A DNA stretch of 64,000 nt from the human T2T-CHM13v2.0 reference genome, Homo sapiens, in NCBI RefSeq assembly GCF_009914755.1, contig NC_060947.1; one strand, given 5' to 3'. Shown piece after piece: positions 17,301 through 30,299 of the stretch (position 1 is its first letter; every line of letters begins with the position of its first letter). The position numbers and the translations under genes are program-made. Under the pieces are notes generated by a model, which did not search any database, was not told the origin of the DNA, and saw only the letters and a list, made by a program, of their open reading frames with translations.

Positions 17301-18679
17301 AGTGGTAAGGGTAAGAAATGAAATGTAAATTCCTTTGTAAGTGGCTCCAACACCTCCATTTATAACTGCAGGGATCCTGTTTTGTTTCCCTGTATCTGTG
17401 TTTTTGCTTTGCACATAGGTATATTTTGTTAATGGATGAATCAGTGAAATTCACTTCCTAAAGAATTGAATTTATTGTCTTCCTGGACTCAGCTGTCTGA
17501 GATCAGCATATTTACTTTAGGATTTCTGCTGTTCCAACTGACTAGTTGGCTTCATACTTAATTGAACATCCAGAGTCTTGGAACTACTTTGCCTTCCAAT
17601 GCCCTGCCTGTCCTTCCTCATAGAAATATCTAGTTTTGGATCTCCTCTCTGCCTGTCTTTTACATTTAGTAAAACCTGATGTTGTTCCCTAGTTTAGATG
17701 CCTTGGTTCCTTGCTTTGCTTGGTACTAAATTCCAGGACCCAGGCATTTTTAGAGTGTCCTGTTCCCTTTTATCCCAAATCCCAGGTCAGGAACTCAAGG
17801 AAATCATGGTGGAAATCAGTGATCATGGTCCACGATTAGTTTAAACAAGCAGGATATTGGGCTGAATCTATACTGAGATCAGGGATACCCCTGGAATTTG
17901 ATCTGTTACTCCTGTTGTTTTTAATAAACCTCTGGCACAAGCTTCGCTTGTCACAATATTCTTTCTACTAATATATGAACGTAGGAAAAAGAGTTGAATT
18001 GAAAGAATTACTAGTTGGACTACATGTAATTTTGATTTTATGGTATTTGTTTATGAAAATGTAACAGTCACCCTGGCACTATCTTATTTAATATCTGCTA
18101 AAAACGTTGTTAAGAAGTGAATTAAATAAATGGCAAGGAAACCCATTGCCAGTCATTAACTCTTAAGAATTAGTGAGAATGTAAACAATCATGACGGTAA
18201 ATTATAGTTCCTGTTTACCCAATAGAGTATAATTCTTTTCAAAAGGTATTGTTTCTACAGTATTTGGACATCAGACAATATTCTGTGCTGAGGTCTAAGA
18301 AATCAATGAGGAACTTAACACTCTTAAGCCTTGCTTTACATCTCCAGGCTGATTCTTTCCTGGTTAAATGAAGTTAGACCACTAGATTTGTGTATGCTCA
18401 AACTTAACAACTGATAAAGAAATTTATCTTTTAAAAGGACAGAGAAAATAAATCCCCCCAAAGGGTAAGTTTGGAGTACTTACTTGGAAAGAGGACTAGT
18501 CTCAGATTATGTCTCATTCTATGTCGTACCCAGTGTTCTCAGTGTTGCTCTCAAAAGGCATTTCCTAGAAACATTCTAGGAGAATAATAAGACTAGCCCT
18601 GAAGGACAGTTCCCTGGCTTTGAATTATTTCAGTACTTACATTGCTTTGAAATATTCTGTAGTTGAAAGAACTTGATTA

Positions 18680-18760
18680 TAATTCAGTCATTCAACAAAT
18701 ACATATTGAGCACCTAATATGCACCACACACTGTTCTAGGCATTTGGGGATAAACCAACA
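18680..18760 (-). mobile_element. L2 3'-end fragment
   Basis: 'cattcaacaaatacatattgagcacctaatatgc...ctgttctaggc' is the reverse complement of the L2 tail. Confidence 0.65.
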
Positions 18761-19084
18761 AATAGCAATCTTAGAAGCTTTATCCCTGCACCAGCTACCC
18801 TCACATAGGATCATGGTTACCTTTGTCTTACTAATGTTGCTGCTTCAGTTTCTATATAGCTGACCTACTGAGCTCTGAATTTCTTTCTACTTTGCCCATG
18901 AAAACTTGCCTGATCCTGACATATAGTGGAGTCAGAGAGGATGGATTTCAATCTTGATTATATAAATGTTTCTAAAAAGTAAAGAAAAATTTACTTTTTA
19001 TCTTTTGTTTCCTTCCCTACAGTTCACATAGCAGACCTCCATAGAAGCCTGTATACAAAACAGCAGAGGAGGGTAAAATCCTGT

Positions 19085-19305
19085 GCTCCAGAAACACATA
19101 AATCTTGGCTTTGTCACTTTACTGGGTGTGTAACCCTGGGCAAGTTAGTTAATCTTTCTGAACATTAGTTTCCTCATCAGTAAAATGAGAAAATCATCAA
19201 TCACCTAAGAGGAAGAGCTGTGAGGAATTTTAATAACGTTATTTTGCAAGTAAGATGTCCGGCACATAGTGCTCCATAAATGACATCTATTGTTATTGTG
19301 TTATT
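19085..19305 (+). mobile_element. MIR
   Basis: Core 'ctgggcaagttagttaatctttctgaac..agtttcctcatcagtaaaatgag'. Confidence 0.75.
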
Positions 19306-19477
19306 GCATATACCTTAGAAGACAGTAAGGATTTTAAGGCTTGACATATTCCAACAGCAGAGGGTATTAATCAGTGAAGCTAACCATTCCTTTGCTCCAT
19401 TCTTCTCCTTGGGCCCATATCCTACATTTGCTATGCTCATATCTCTTTATTTTAGTGGTGAGGCGTCTGGAGTTATC

Positions 19478-19480
<3 letters not shown>

Positions 19481-19520
<40 letters not shown>
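19481..19520. repeat. (GT)20 microsatellite
   Basis: Pure GT run. Confidence 0.98.
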
Positions 19521-19524
<4 letters not shown>

Positions 19525-19914
19525 CTCCTGTGGCTATCTTGATGTAAAATGCTGACAGTGCTGAATTGTTCAAATAAGGTAAGTAGCAATTCAGCAGAGG
19601 CTTATTGGCCAGGAACTGTTTGAAGATATGTGATCTTTGGAATACAAGGGATTTTAGTGACAGGAGAGGGAATTATGGATGGAATTAGCTTGTCTGATTC
19701 AAGTTTTATAGAGGTCTTTTGGTAGTCCTCATTTGGATAGTAAACTGAGTTTGCTTGATTAGGCAAATTCTAATTGATCACACATTTCTACCCATCATGG
19801 TTTAAGAGCTATGAGGGAGAAGAGAAGGAAAACAATAAAATAAATGAAGAGACCTTATTTATTTTTTCAGATTTGCCACTGACTAGTTGTATGACCTTAG
19901 GTTGGATATTAAGA

Positions 19915-20205
19915 AATAGTTGAAGATGTTTGGGTTGGAGAAGAGTAAGTTCAGTTGTCCTACAACAAGTAACTTTTACTAAGTGGCCTCAAGATATAAG
20001 AACTGGGACAAATGGATAGAAACTACAGTAAATATAGTCTTTGACTCAATAGGGGAGAGAAGTATAAAAAGGGAAATAAATGTCTTTCTCAGTGAGTAAC
20101 TGGGATTCTTCAAGCACCTTCAGGATTCTTGTAGAGGGAATTCAAACATCTGTTGGAGAGTTAGGCGATATTTTTAAGGATCTTTCCAATCCTGAGGTTC
20201 TATTT
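19915..20205 (+). mobile_element. L3/CR1-like 3' fragment
   Basis: 'agaactgggacaaatggatagaaactaca' and the terminus 'aaggatctttccaatcctgaggttctat' resemble the CR1/MIR3 tail. Confidence 0.55.
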
Positions 20206-21279
20206 TTAGTCATTTTACTTTTTTAGACCTAGTTATCCCCTCTGTAAAATGAGAAGCATGAATTATATGACTGTGTACTTGCTTTCTACCTCTAACACTC
20301 TACGGTTTGTCTGATGAGCAAGAAAAAGACATGGAGGGAATTCAAGGTAGATTATTTTTTTATGACTGTTCTGGGACTTGTCTTTGTGGGTCATGAGGCA
20401 AGCCAGTTATACAGATACAGAGGAAGAGGCCCAACTGTCTCTGTTTGACAGCTTCCTGCATCTACCAACCCTTTAACACCTTTATTCTCTTTTTAATATT
20501 AATTTTAGATAATCTGTCTTTTTTCTGTGGTAATTCATGAATTTTGCCAGTTATGTGAAGGTAGCTAACTTTTTTATTTCTACTATAGTAATTTCTACAT
20601 ATCATCACCATAGAGAAATTCAAAGCAATGTGTTCCTTCAATTTCCTGTATTTTCCCCTGAAGCAAATTATCACTCAGGTCTGCTAATTACAGCAAAGCC
20701 TTTAGCTGTATAGAAATTTTATACACTTTCCGTCTATAAGACCCACATATGAGCAATGGACTCTGTAGTTACCTAGAATGTAGAATGAAATATTATGGAT
20801 CCAGAAAAAGAAGGAAGGAGTTTAATTATAGATAGCACAATTTCCATGGTTTAACCTCAAGGATGGCATTAGAGCTGAAAACCAGCTACTTAATTTGAGG
20901 GGGTTCAGTGCAAAATTAAAATGTGAGCCCCCTTGTTCAAAATACAAGAAATAAAAGCCATATATGACAGACCCACAGCTAGTATCATACTGAATGGGGA
21001 AAAGCTGAAAGCCTTTCCTGTAGGATCTGGAAGATGAAAAAGATGCCCACTGTCACTTATTCAGCATAGTACTGAAAGTCCTAGCTAGAGCAATCAGATG
21101 AGAGAAAGATACAAAAGACATCCAGATTGGAAAGGAAAGAGTCAAAATATTCTTGTTTGCAAATGATATGATCATATATTTGTAAAAATCTAAAGACTCC
21201 ATAAGAAAACTATTAGAACTGATAAACAAATTCAGTGAAGTTGTAGGATACAAAATCAACGAAGCTCAGTAGCATTTCT

Positions 21280-21638
21280 TTTTTCTTTTTTTTCAAAATG
21301 TATTTTTTATTTCTGTTGAAGTAATGTGAGACATCAAGATAAGGTATCAATGCATTCAAACAAAGAAAAGATAAAGTATCAAAGGTGAAACGAGGGTGAC
21401 TTTTAACCATACCATTTACATGTTGTTAATTACCATTAATAACAATGGGAAAATTATAAATATAAAATTCTATCTATAGGAAGCCATTGATCTCAGGGGT
21501 AGGGGAAATTGTGCTTAAGAAATGGTTTCTTCTCTTGCCTCATGTAGAAGATGCTGAGATATTTTTAGAATCAAGTCAGTAGCATTTTTGAAAATGTATT
21601 TTCACTTTTTTAAAGAATCTGGTTAGTTTTTTAAATAG
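21280..21638 (-). other. Poly(A)-tailed non-L1 sequence, probable L1 3' transduction
   Basis: T-tract 21279-21293, AATAAA on the minus strand (21306-21311), and about 345 bp of non-L1 sequence abutting the L1PA 3' end inside the TSD pair. Confidence 0.75.
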
Positions 21639-22784
21639 TTTTTTTTAATACTTTAAGTTCTAGGGTACATGTGCACAACGTGCAGGTTTGTTACATAGGT
21701 ATACATGTGCCATGTTGGTTTGCTACACCCATCAACTCGTCATTTACATTAGGTATTTCTCCTAATGCTATCCCTTCCTCAGCCCCCCACCCCAGGACAG
21801 ACCCCGGTGTGTGATGTTCCCCGCCCTGTGTCCAAGTGTTCTTATTGTTCAATTCCCACTTATGAGTGAGAACATGCGGTGTTTGGTTTTCTGTCCTTTT
21901 GACAGTTTGCTGAGAATGATGGTTTCCAGCTTCATCCATGTCCTTGCAAAGGACGTGAACTCATCCTTTTTTATGGCTGCATAGTATTCCATGGTGTGTA
22001 TGTGCCACATTTTCTTAATCCAGTCTAGCATTGATGGACATTTTGGTTGGTTACACGTCTTTGCTATTGTGAGTGGTGTCGCAATAAACATATATGTGCA
22101 TGTGTCTTTATAGTAGCATGATTTATAATCCTTTGGGTAAATACCCAGTAATGGAATTGCTGGGTCAAATAGTATTTCTCGTTCTAGATCCTTGAGGAAT
22201 TGCCACACTGTCTTCCACAATGATTGAACTAATTTACACTCCCACCAACAGTGTAAAAGCATTCCTATTTCTCCACATCCTCTCCAGCATCTGTTGTTTC
22301 CTGACTTTTTAAATATCACCATTCTAACTGGTGTGTGATGGTATCTCATTGTGGTTTTGATTTGCATTTCTCTGATGACCAGTGATGATGAGCATTTTTT
22401 CTTGTGTCTGTTGGCTGCATAATGTCTTCTTTTGAGAAGTGTCTGTTCATATCCTTTGTCCCCTTTTTGATGGGTTGTTTGTTTTTTTCTTGTACATTTG
22501 TTTAAGTTCTTTGTAAATTCTGGATATTAGCCTTTTGTCAGGTGGGTAGATTCCAAAAATTTTCTCCCATTCTGTAGGTTGCCTGTTCACTCTGATGGTA
22601 GTTTCTTTTGCTGTGCAGGAGCTCCTTAGTTTAATTAGATCCCATTTGTCTATTTTGGCTTTTGTTGCCATTGCTTTTGGTGTTTTAGTCATGAAGTCTT
22701 TGCCTATGCCTATGTCCTGAATGGTATTGCCTAGGTTTTCTTCTAGGGTTTTTATGGTTTTAGGTCTAACATTTAAGTCTTTAA
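21639..22784 (-). mobile_element. LINE-1 L1PA5/6-like, 5'-truncated, 1.15 kb
   Basis: ORF2 C-terminal peptides (21849..22367, 22447..22851) and L1PA 3'UTR. Target sequence ctcagtagcatttct (21265-79) / ctcagcatttct (22790-801). Confidence 0.92.
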
Positions 22785-23517
22785 AAAAACTCAGCATTTC
22801 TGTATGCCAACACTGAACAGTCTGAAAAAGAAATAAAAACAGTAATCCCATTTACAATAGCCACTCATAAAACTAAATACCTAGGAATTAACTTAACCAA
22901 GCAGTGGAAGATCTGTATAATGAAAACTACAATACACTGATAAAAGAAATTGAAGAAGACACCACAAAAATGGAAAAATAATCCATGTTTATGGATTGGA
23001 AAAATTAATATTGTTAAAATGTCCATACTACCCAAAGCAACCTACAGATTCAATGCTATCCCTATGAAAATACAAATGACATTCTTCACAGAAATAGAAA
23101 AAACAAGCCTAAAATTTAAATGGAACTACAGAAGACCCAGAATAGCCAAAGCTATTGTAAGCAAAAAGAACAAAACTGACTTTTCACATTACCTGACTTC
23201 AAATTACACTACAGAGCTATAGTAATCAAAACAGCATGGTACTGGCATTAAAACAGACACAAAGACCAATGGAACAGAATAGAGAACCCAGAAACAAATC
23301 CATACAGCTAAAGTGAACTCATTTTTGACAAAAGTGCCAATAACATACCCTGGGTAAAAGACATTCTTTTCCATAAATGTGCTGGGAAAACTGGATATCC
23401 ATAAGCACAATAATGAAACTGGACCTCTATCTCTCACTATATGCAAAAATCAAAGTAAAATGGATTAAATACTTAAATTTAAGACCTCAAACTATAAAAC
23501 TACTAAAAAGTAGTAAA

Positions 23518-23587
23518 ATACAATACAATAAATAAAATAAAATAAAATAAAATAAAATAAAATAAAATAAAATAAAGTAAAATAAAA
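23518..23587. repeat. (TAAAA)n pentanucleotide microsatellite
   Basis: Tandem aataa units. Confidence 0.95.
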
Positions 23588-23710
23588 GAACCATAAGGGA
23601 AAATCTCCAGGACATTGGTCTGGGCAAAGATTTCTTGAGCAATACGCCAGAAGCATAGTCAACCAAAGCAAAAATGAATAAATGGGTTTATATGAAGTTG
23701 AAAAGCTTCT

Positions 23711-24018
23711 GGTCAGGCACAGTGGCTCACGCCTGTAACCCCAGCATTTTGGGAGGCCAAGGCAGGCGGATCACCTGAGGTCAGGAGTTCAACACCAGCC
23801 TGGTCAACATGGTGAAACCCTGTCTTTACTAAAAATACAAAATTGGCTGGGCATAGTGATGCAGCTGTAATTCCAGCTACTCAGGAGGCTGAGGCAGGAG
23901 AATTGCTTCAACCCTAGAGGTGGAGGTTTGCAGTGAGTCCAGATGGCACCATTGCACTCCAGCCTGGGTGACAAGAATGAAATTCTGTCTCCAAAAAAAA
24001 AGAAAAAAGAAAAAAAAA
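23711..24018 (+). mobile_element. AluS
   Basis: Full dimer with A-tail; TSD aaaagcttct (23701-10, 24022-31). Confidence 0.95.
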
Positions 24019-26413
24019 GTAAAAAGCTTCTGCACAGAAGAGAAAACAATTAATAAAGTGAAGCAACAACCCATAAAATGGGAGAAAATATTTGCAAACT
24101 ACCGATCTGACAAGGGATTAATAAACAGAATATATAAGGAACTACAGCAAGTCCGTAGGAAAAAATCTAATAATATGATCAGAAAGGGCAAAAGACTTGA
24201 AGATACATTTCTCAAAAGAAGACATACGAATAGCAAAGAGGCATGTGGAAAGGTACTCAACAGCATTGATCAACAGAGAAATGCAAATCAAAACTACAAT
24301 GAGATATCACCTTAACCCAGATAGAATGGCTTGTATCCAAAACACAGGCAATAACAAATGCTGGTGAAGATGTGGAGAAAAGGGAACCCTTGTACACTGT
24401 TGGTGGGAACTTAGTTAGTATAACCACTATGGAGAACAGTTTGGAGGTTCCTCAGAACACTAAAAATTGAGCTACCGTGTGATCCAGCAATCTAACTGTG
24501 GGGTGTATACCCAAGGAAAGGAAATCAGCCTATCAAAGAGATTTTTGCACTCTTGTTTGTTGCAGCACTGTTTTCAATAACCAAGATTTGGATGCAATCT
24601 AAGTGTTCATCAGCAGATGAATAGTTAAAAGAAAATGTGGTTCATATACAAAATAGAGTCCTATTTAGTCATAAAAAAGAATGAGATCTAGTCATTTGCA
24701 ACAACATGGATGCAAGTGGAGACTATTAAGTTAAATAAATCAGGCACAGAAAGACAAACATTTCATGTTCTCACTTGTTTGTGGGATGTAAAAATCAAAA
24801 CAACTGAATTCATGGAGATTGAGAATAGAAGGATGATTACCAGAGTCTGAGAAGGGTAGTAAGGGGCTGGAGGGGTTGGGGGGTCGAAGTGGAGGGGAGG
24901 TGGGGATGGTTAATGGATGTAAAAAAAATATAATGAATAAGACCTTCTCTTTGATAGCACAGTAGGGTTACTATAGTCAATTATAACTTAATCGTACATT
25001 TAAAAATAACTAAAAGAGTGTCATTGGATTGTTTGGAATGCAAAGGATAAATGCTTGAGGGGATGGATACCCCATTCTACATTAATGTGCTTATTTCACT
25101 TTGCATCCCTGTGTCAGAACAGTTCATGTACCCCATAAATATATACACCTAATATATACCCGAAAATTATGCAAAATGAAACATATAAAAATGCAAGAAA
25201 TAAGTGTCTTTTAAAAGTACGAAAATAGAAAGCTTTTTCTTTTCTTTCTGTTATTTGTGTCTCATTTGCTGTCTTGCTGTGTCTCACATTCTGTGGTGGT
25301 TTTTCATTTCCTGTTATGATTCCATGTAAAGAAAAATTAAAATTTTAAGTTATTAGCATGGGTTTTACTATTTATATTTATATTGTCACAATACCGTTTT
25401 AAATGCAAACATATGCATTTAACTTGTATAAAGAATCATCAAAATTACACAGTTTGCATTTTATAGCTCATGCATGCATATATTACTTTTGCCAGAACAG
25501 TGAAAACTTGCACAAAACTAAACTGTTTTAATTCATTTCTTGATATATGCACATTCTATCAAGACTCTCTAGATTTGGCTTACTGATGAGTAAAGAAGGA
25601 CTGAAGGAAAAGAAATTATGGCTTGCCCTATATTTTCCTTCCCATATCATCATTTTCCACATAAATGATTGGCTAATACAGGGAAGTAACAGAAATAGGA
25701 AAGCGTATGACAGTGTTCCTTGGTTATTCATGTTTCTTACAATGTCATTACTTTCTTTCTTCATTCAAAGAAGAAATCATTGTTTTGAAGCAAGAGTTTC
25801 TTTTTGCCTGTTTTTGTACTTTATTTAAGTGGAATTGTCTGTATGAACTCTGGCATTTTTCACTTAATATTAAGTTTGTGAGAGTCATCCATTTTGAATG
25901 TATTTGTAGTTCATTCTTTAGCTGTTTAGCATTTTTTGTGTGAATATGCTATAATTTATTCATTCTATTCTTGATGGACATTTGGCTAGTTTCCAGATTT
26001 GGGATGTAACAGAGAATAAATATGGGGACATTTGTTAGGAGGTTACTATAGAAATTCAAACATGAAGTGGCAAGGGCCTGGAGGCCTAGCTATTACACAG
26101 AAAAAAAAAACATGGATCTTATTCAAGTGGTACTTTTAACTTCACAAAAGTTGTGGGGAGAATTTAGTGTTATAATTTCAAGCAGGAACTGATGGAGCAG
26201 AGAAAAAATGGGAGCATTGCAGGGTATCAACCACACCTTACAGAGCCAGTGAACACTCATGTTCTTTGCCTCTCTATTTTAACAGGGTAGGTATGAGGGA
26301 GATTAATGGAAGAGGGGGAAATAGATATTGTTGTTTCTTTAGCATTGTGACCAGGGTTCATTAGAGAATATGAAAGAGGTGTCCAGCAAATTTCAGCTTT
26401 AGATATTTGGTGC

Positions 26414-28769
26414 TGATATGGTTAGGCTTTGTATACCCAACAAAATCTCATCTTGAGTAGTAATCCCCATAATCCCTACATGTCAAGAGAGAGACCAGGT
26501 GGAGGTAATTGAATCATGGGGTGGTTTCCCCCATACTGTTCTCATGATAGTGAGTTCTCATGAGATCTCATGGTCTTATAAGGGGCTCTTCCTCCTTCAC
26601 TCAGCACTTATTCTTACTTCCTGCCACCTTGTGAAGAAGGTGTCTTGCTTTGCCTTTGCCTTCTGCCATGATTATAAGTTTCCTGAGGCATCCTCAGTCA
26701 TGCTGAACAGTCAGTTAATTAAACCTGTTTCCTTCATAAATTACCCAGTCTCAGGCAGTTCTTTATAGCAGTATAAAAACGGTCTAATATAGTTAATTGG
26801 TACTGGTAGAGTGGGTTACTGCTATAAAGATATCTGAAAATGTGGAAGTGACTTTGGAACTGGGTTACAGGCAGAGGTTGAAACAGTTTGGATGGCTCAG
26901 AAGATGATAGCAAGATGTGGGAAAGTTTGGAACTTCCTAGAGACTTGTTGAATGGCTTTGACCAAAATGCTGACAGTGATATGGACAATGAAGTCCAGAC
27001 TGAGGTGATCTCAGATAGAGATGAGGAACCTGTAGGGAATTGGAATAAAGGTGACTCTTGCTATGCTTTAGCAAAGAGACTGGCAGCATTTTCCCCTGCC
27101 CTAGAGATCTGTAACTTGAGAGAGATGATTTAGGGTATCTGGTGGAAGAAATTTCTAAGCAGCAGAGCATTTAAGATGTGACTTGGGTGCTATTGAAAGC
27201 ATTTAGTTTTATGCATTTACAAAGAGATGGTTTGGAATGAGAACTTATGTTTAAGAGGGAAGCAGTCGATGAAAGTTTGGAAAATATGCAGCCTGACGAT
27301 GTGGCTGAAAGAAAAAAACATTTTCTGGGGACAAATTCAAGCAGGTTGCAGAAATTTGCATAAGTAACAAGGAGCAAGATGTTAATTGCCAAGACAAATG
27401 GGAAAATGTCTCCAGGGCATATCAGAGGTGTTCACAGCAGCCCCTCCCATCACAGACGCAGAGGCCTAGTAGGAAAAAACTGTTTTGTGGGCCGGGACCA
27501 GGGCCTTGCTGCTTTGTGCAGTGTCAGGACTTGGTGCCCTGTGTCCCAGCTGTGGCTAAAAAAGACCAGTGTGGCTCAGGCCACTGCTACAGAAGGTGCA
27601 AGCCCCAGGCCTGGGCAGATTGCATGTGGTGTTGGGCCTGCAGGTACACCGAAGTCAAGAATTGAGGTTTGGTAACCTGCAGCTAGATTTCAGAGGAAGT
27701 ATGGAAATGCATGGATGTCTAGGCAGACGTTTGCTGCAGGGGTGGAGCTCTCATAGAAAACCTCTGCTAGGACAGTGCAGAAGGGAAATGTGGGATTGGA
27801 CCCACTCACAGAGTCCCCACTGGGGCACTGCCTAGTGGAGCTGTAAGAAGAGGGCCACTGTTCTCCAGACCCCAGAATAGCAGATCCACCAACAGCTTGA
27901 ACCATGCACTTGGAAAAGCCACAGACACTCAACACCAGTATGTGAAAGACGCTGGGAGGGGGCTGTACCCTGCAAAGCCACAGGGATGGAGCTGCCCAAG
28001 GCTGTGGGAGCCTACCTCTTGCATCGGTGTGACCTGGATGTGAGACATGGAGTCAAAGGAGATAATTTCAGAGCTTTAAGATTTGACTGCCCCACTGGAT
28101 TTTGGACTTATGTGGGTCCTATAGCCCCTTTGTTTTGGCCAATTTCTCCCATTCAGAATGGCTGTATTTACCCAATGCTTGTACCCACATTGTATCGTGG
28201 AAGTAACTAACTTGCTTTTGATTTTACAGGCTCATAGGCAGAAGGGACTTGCCTTGTCTCATATGAGACTTTGGACTTGGATTTTTGTGTTGATGCTGGA
28301 ATGAATTAAGAGTTTGGGGGACTGCTGGGAAGGCATGATTGGTTTTGAAATGTGAAAGGGACAAGAGATTTGGGAGGGGCCAGGGGCAGAATGATATGGT
28401 TAGGCTTTGTGTCCCCATCCAAATCTCATCTTAAATTGTAATCCTCACAATCCCCACGTGTCAAGGGAGACACCAAGTGGAGGTGATTGGCTCATAGGGG
28501 CAAGTTCCCCCATGCTGATCTCATGATAATGTGTGAGTTTTCATGAGATCTTGTAGTTTATAAGAGGCTCTTCCCCCTTCGCTCGGCATATCTCTTTCCT
28601 GCCATCTTGTGAAGAAGGTACCTTGTGTTTGCTTCACTTTCTGCCATTATTACAAGTTTCCTGAGGCCTCCCCAGCCATGCTGAACTGTGAGTCAGTTAA
28701 ATCTCTTTCCTTTATAAATTACCCAGTCTTGGGCAGTTATTTATAGCAGTATGAAAATGGATTAATATA
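26414..28769 (+). mobile_element. Full-length THE1D MaLR (5'LTR 26414-26791, internal region, 3'LTR 28392-28769)
   Basis: Two homologous LTRs starting tgatatggttaggctttgt, a THE1-internal region with a purine tract before the 3'LTR, and a perfect TSD ggtgc (26409-13, 28770-74). Confidence 0.95.
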
Positions 28770-29261
28770 GGTGCTTTCTTATAAAATGGAGTATGTATTC
28801 CTTAAATCTTGTTGTGCTTTCCAGAAGCACCACTTTTTCCCAGGATTTTTCCTAATAATTTTAGATATTCTGACAATAATGGCCAGACATGACACAGTAG
28901 CTAGAAATAGGACATTTTCCACCTTAATTAATTAATAGCACAAAGTGCTAGAGCCTGGCTTCCTTATGCCAACCTAAGTATCCAGGAGACAGAACAAGTG
29001 GCAGGAAAAATTATAGATTTGGTTATCTTCCCTGAAATTTGATTGTTATGCAGGTCAAAAAAAGCTATTTCCCAGTGACTGATGCACACTAATTGTACCC
29101 TCTTCCTTTTATCTATAATGCCTTCACTCCTTTGTGTATTTGGTAAACCAATACCCAATGTCATCTTATTTGTCAAGCTTTCCCTCACCCTTTTGACAAA
29201 ATAGGTAACTCCCCACTTTTTTATTACTTAGCATTTTTATACATATCTGTCATAGAATTCA

Positions 29262-29735
<474 letters not shown>

Positions 29736-30299
29736 TCAGGATAAAGTATGTTCCTTAACCCTAGGAACTTAGGGGGTAATTCTAGAGGTAATATGTTATT
29801 ACTCAGATCTTTTTATTGCATGTCTGAAATAAGTGTGATTAAAATCCTCAAGAGCTGTTTCTTTTTTTTTTAATAATCAAATGAGCTCTTCAGAGTTTAA
29901 AAGGTTGGTAACACTGGTGGCAACTTAACATAGCTTTGGCATGGGGCATAGGTATCCATGGTATAGACATTAGTGCTGTACCCTTGGCACAGACTTGGTG
30001 CAGCTGATCCTGTTATCTTTAGTTGGCTTCAATCATGTGAATGCCACGTTTTGCTTTGGCAGCATTCAGGCATTGCCTTTACTAGCAGGGCAGGACAGGA
30101 GAAAAATACCAGATGCCACATGGTAGTCTGAGATACCCACGAGGGGTCCATAACTCTTTGAGAGGAATTTTGGGGAAATAAGGGACCAGCTTGGAGTTCT
30201 GCAGAATAGATGCAGGTAGATCCAGAGAAATGGATAGAATGGTAAAAGTGAGTTTCAGCTAATTGTTTACCCATATTTCTCCCTTACTGCAGTGGGGTT

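Larger units (their letters stand above)
20955..25187 (+). mobile_element. LINE-1 L1MA1/2-like, 5'-truncated, hosting an L1PA, an Alu and (TAAAA)n
   Basis: ORF2 remnants and L1MA 3'UTR. TSD aaaatacaagaaataa (20939-54) / aaaatgcaagaaataa (25188-203). Confidence 0.9.
20880..25800. mobile_element. hAT-Tip100 (MER45-like) DNA transposon split by an L1MA (pieces about 20880-20954 and 25204-25800)
   Basis: Terminal motif 'cagctacttaatttgagggggttcagtgcaaaattaaaatgtgagcccccttgttcaaaa', with continuation after the L1 TSD. Confidence 0.55.

Noticed and set aside
17440-17955. Possible ancient LTR ending aataaa...tcaca
   Set aside because: I could not match a family or find a TSD.
26888-28210. ORFs in the THE1D internal region
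   Set aside because: Short fragments of the decayed MaLR internal ORF, with no intact retroviral gene.
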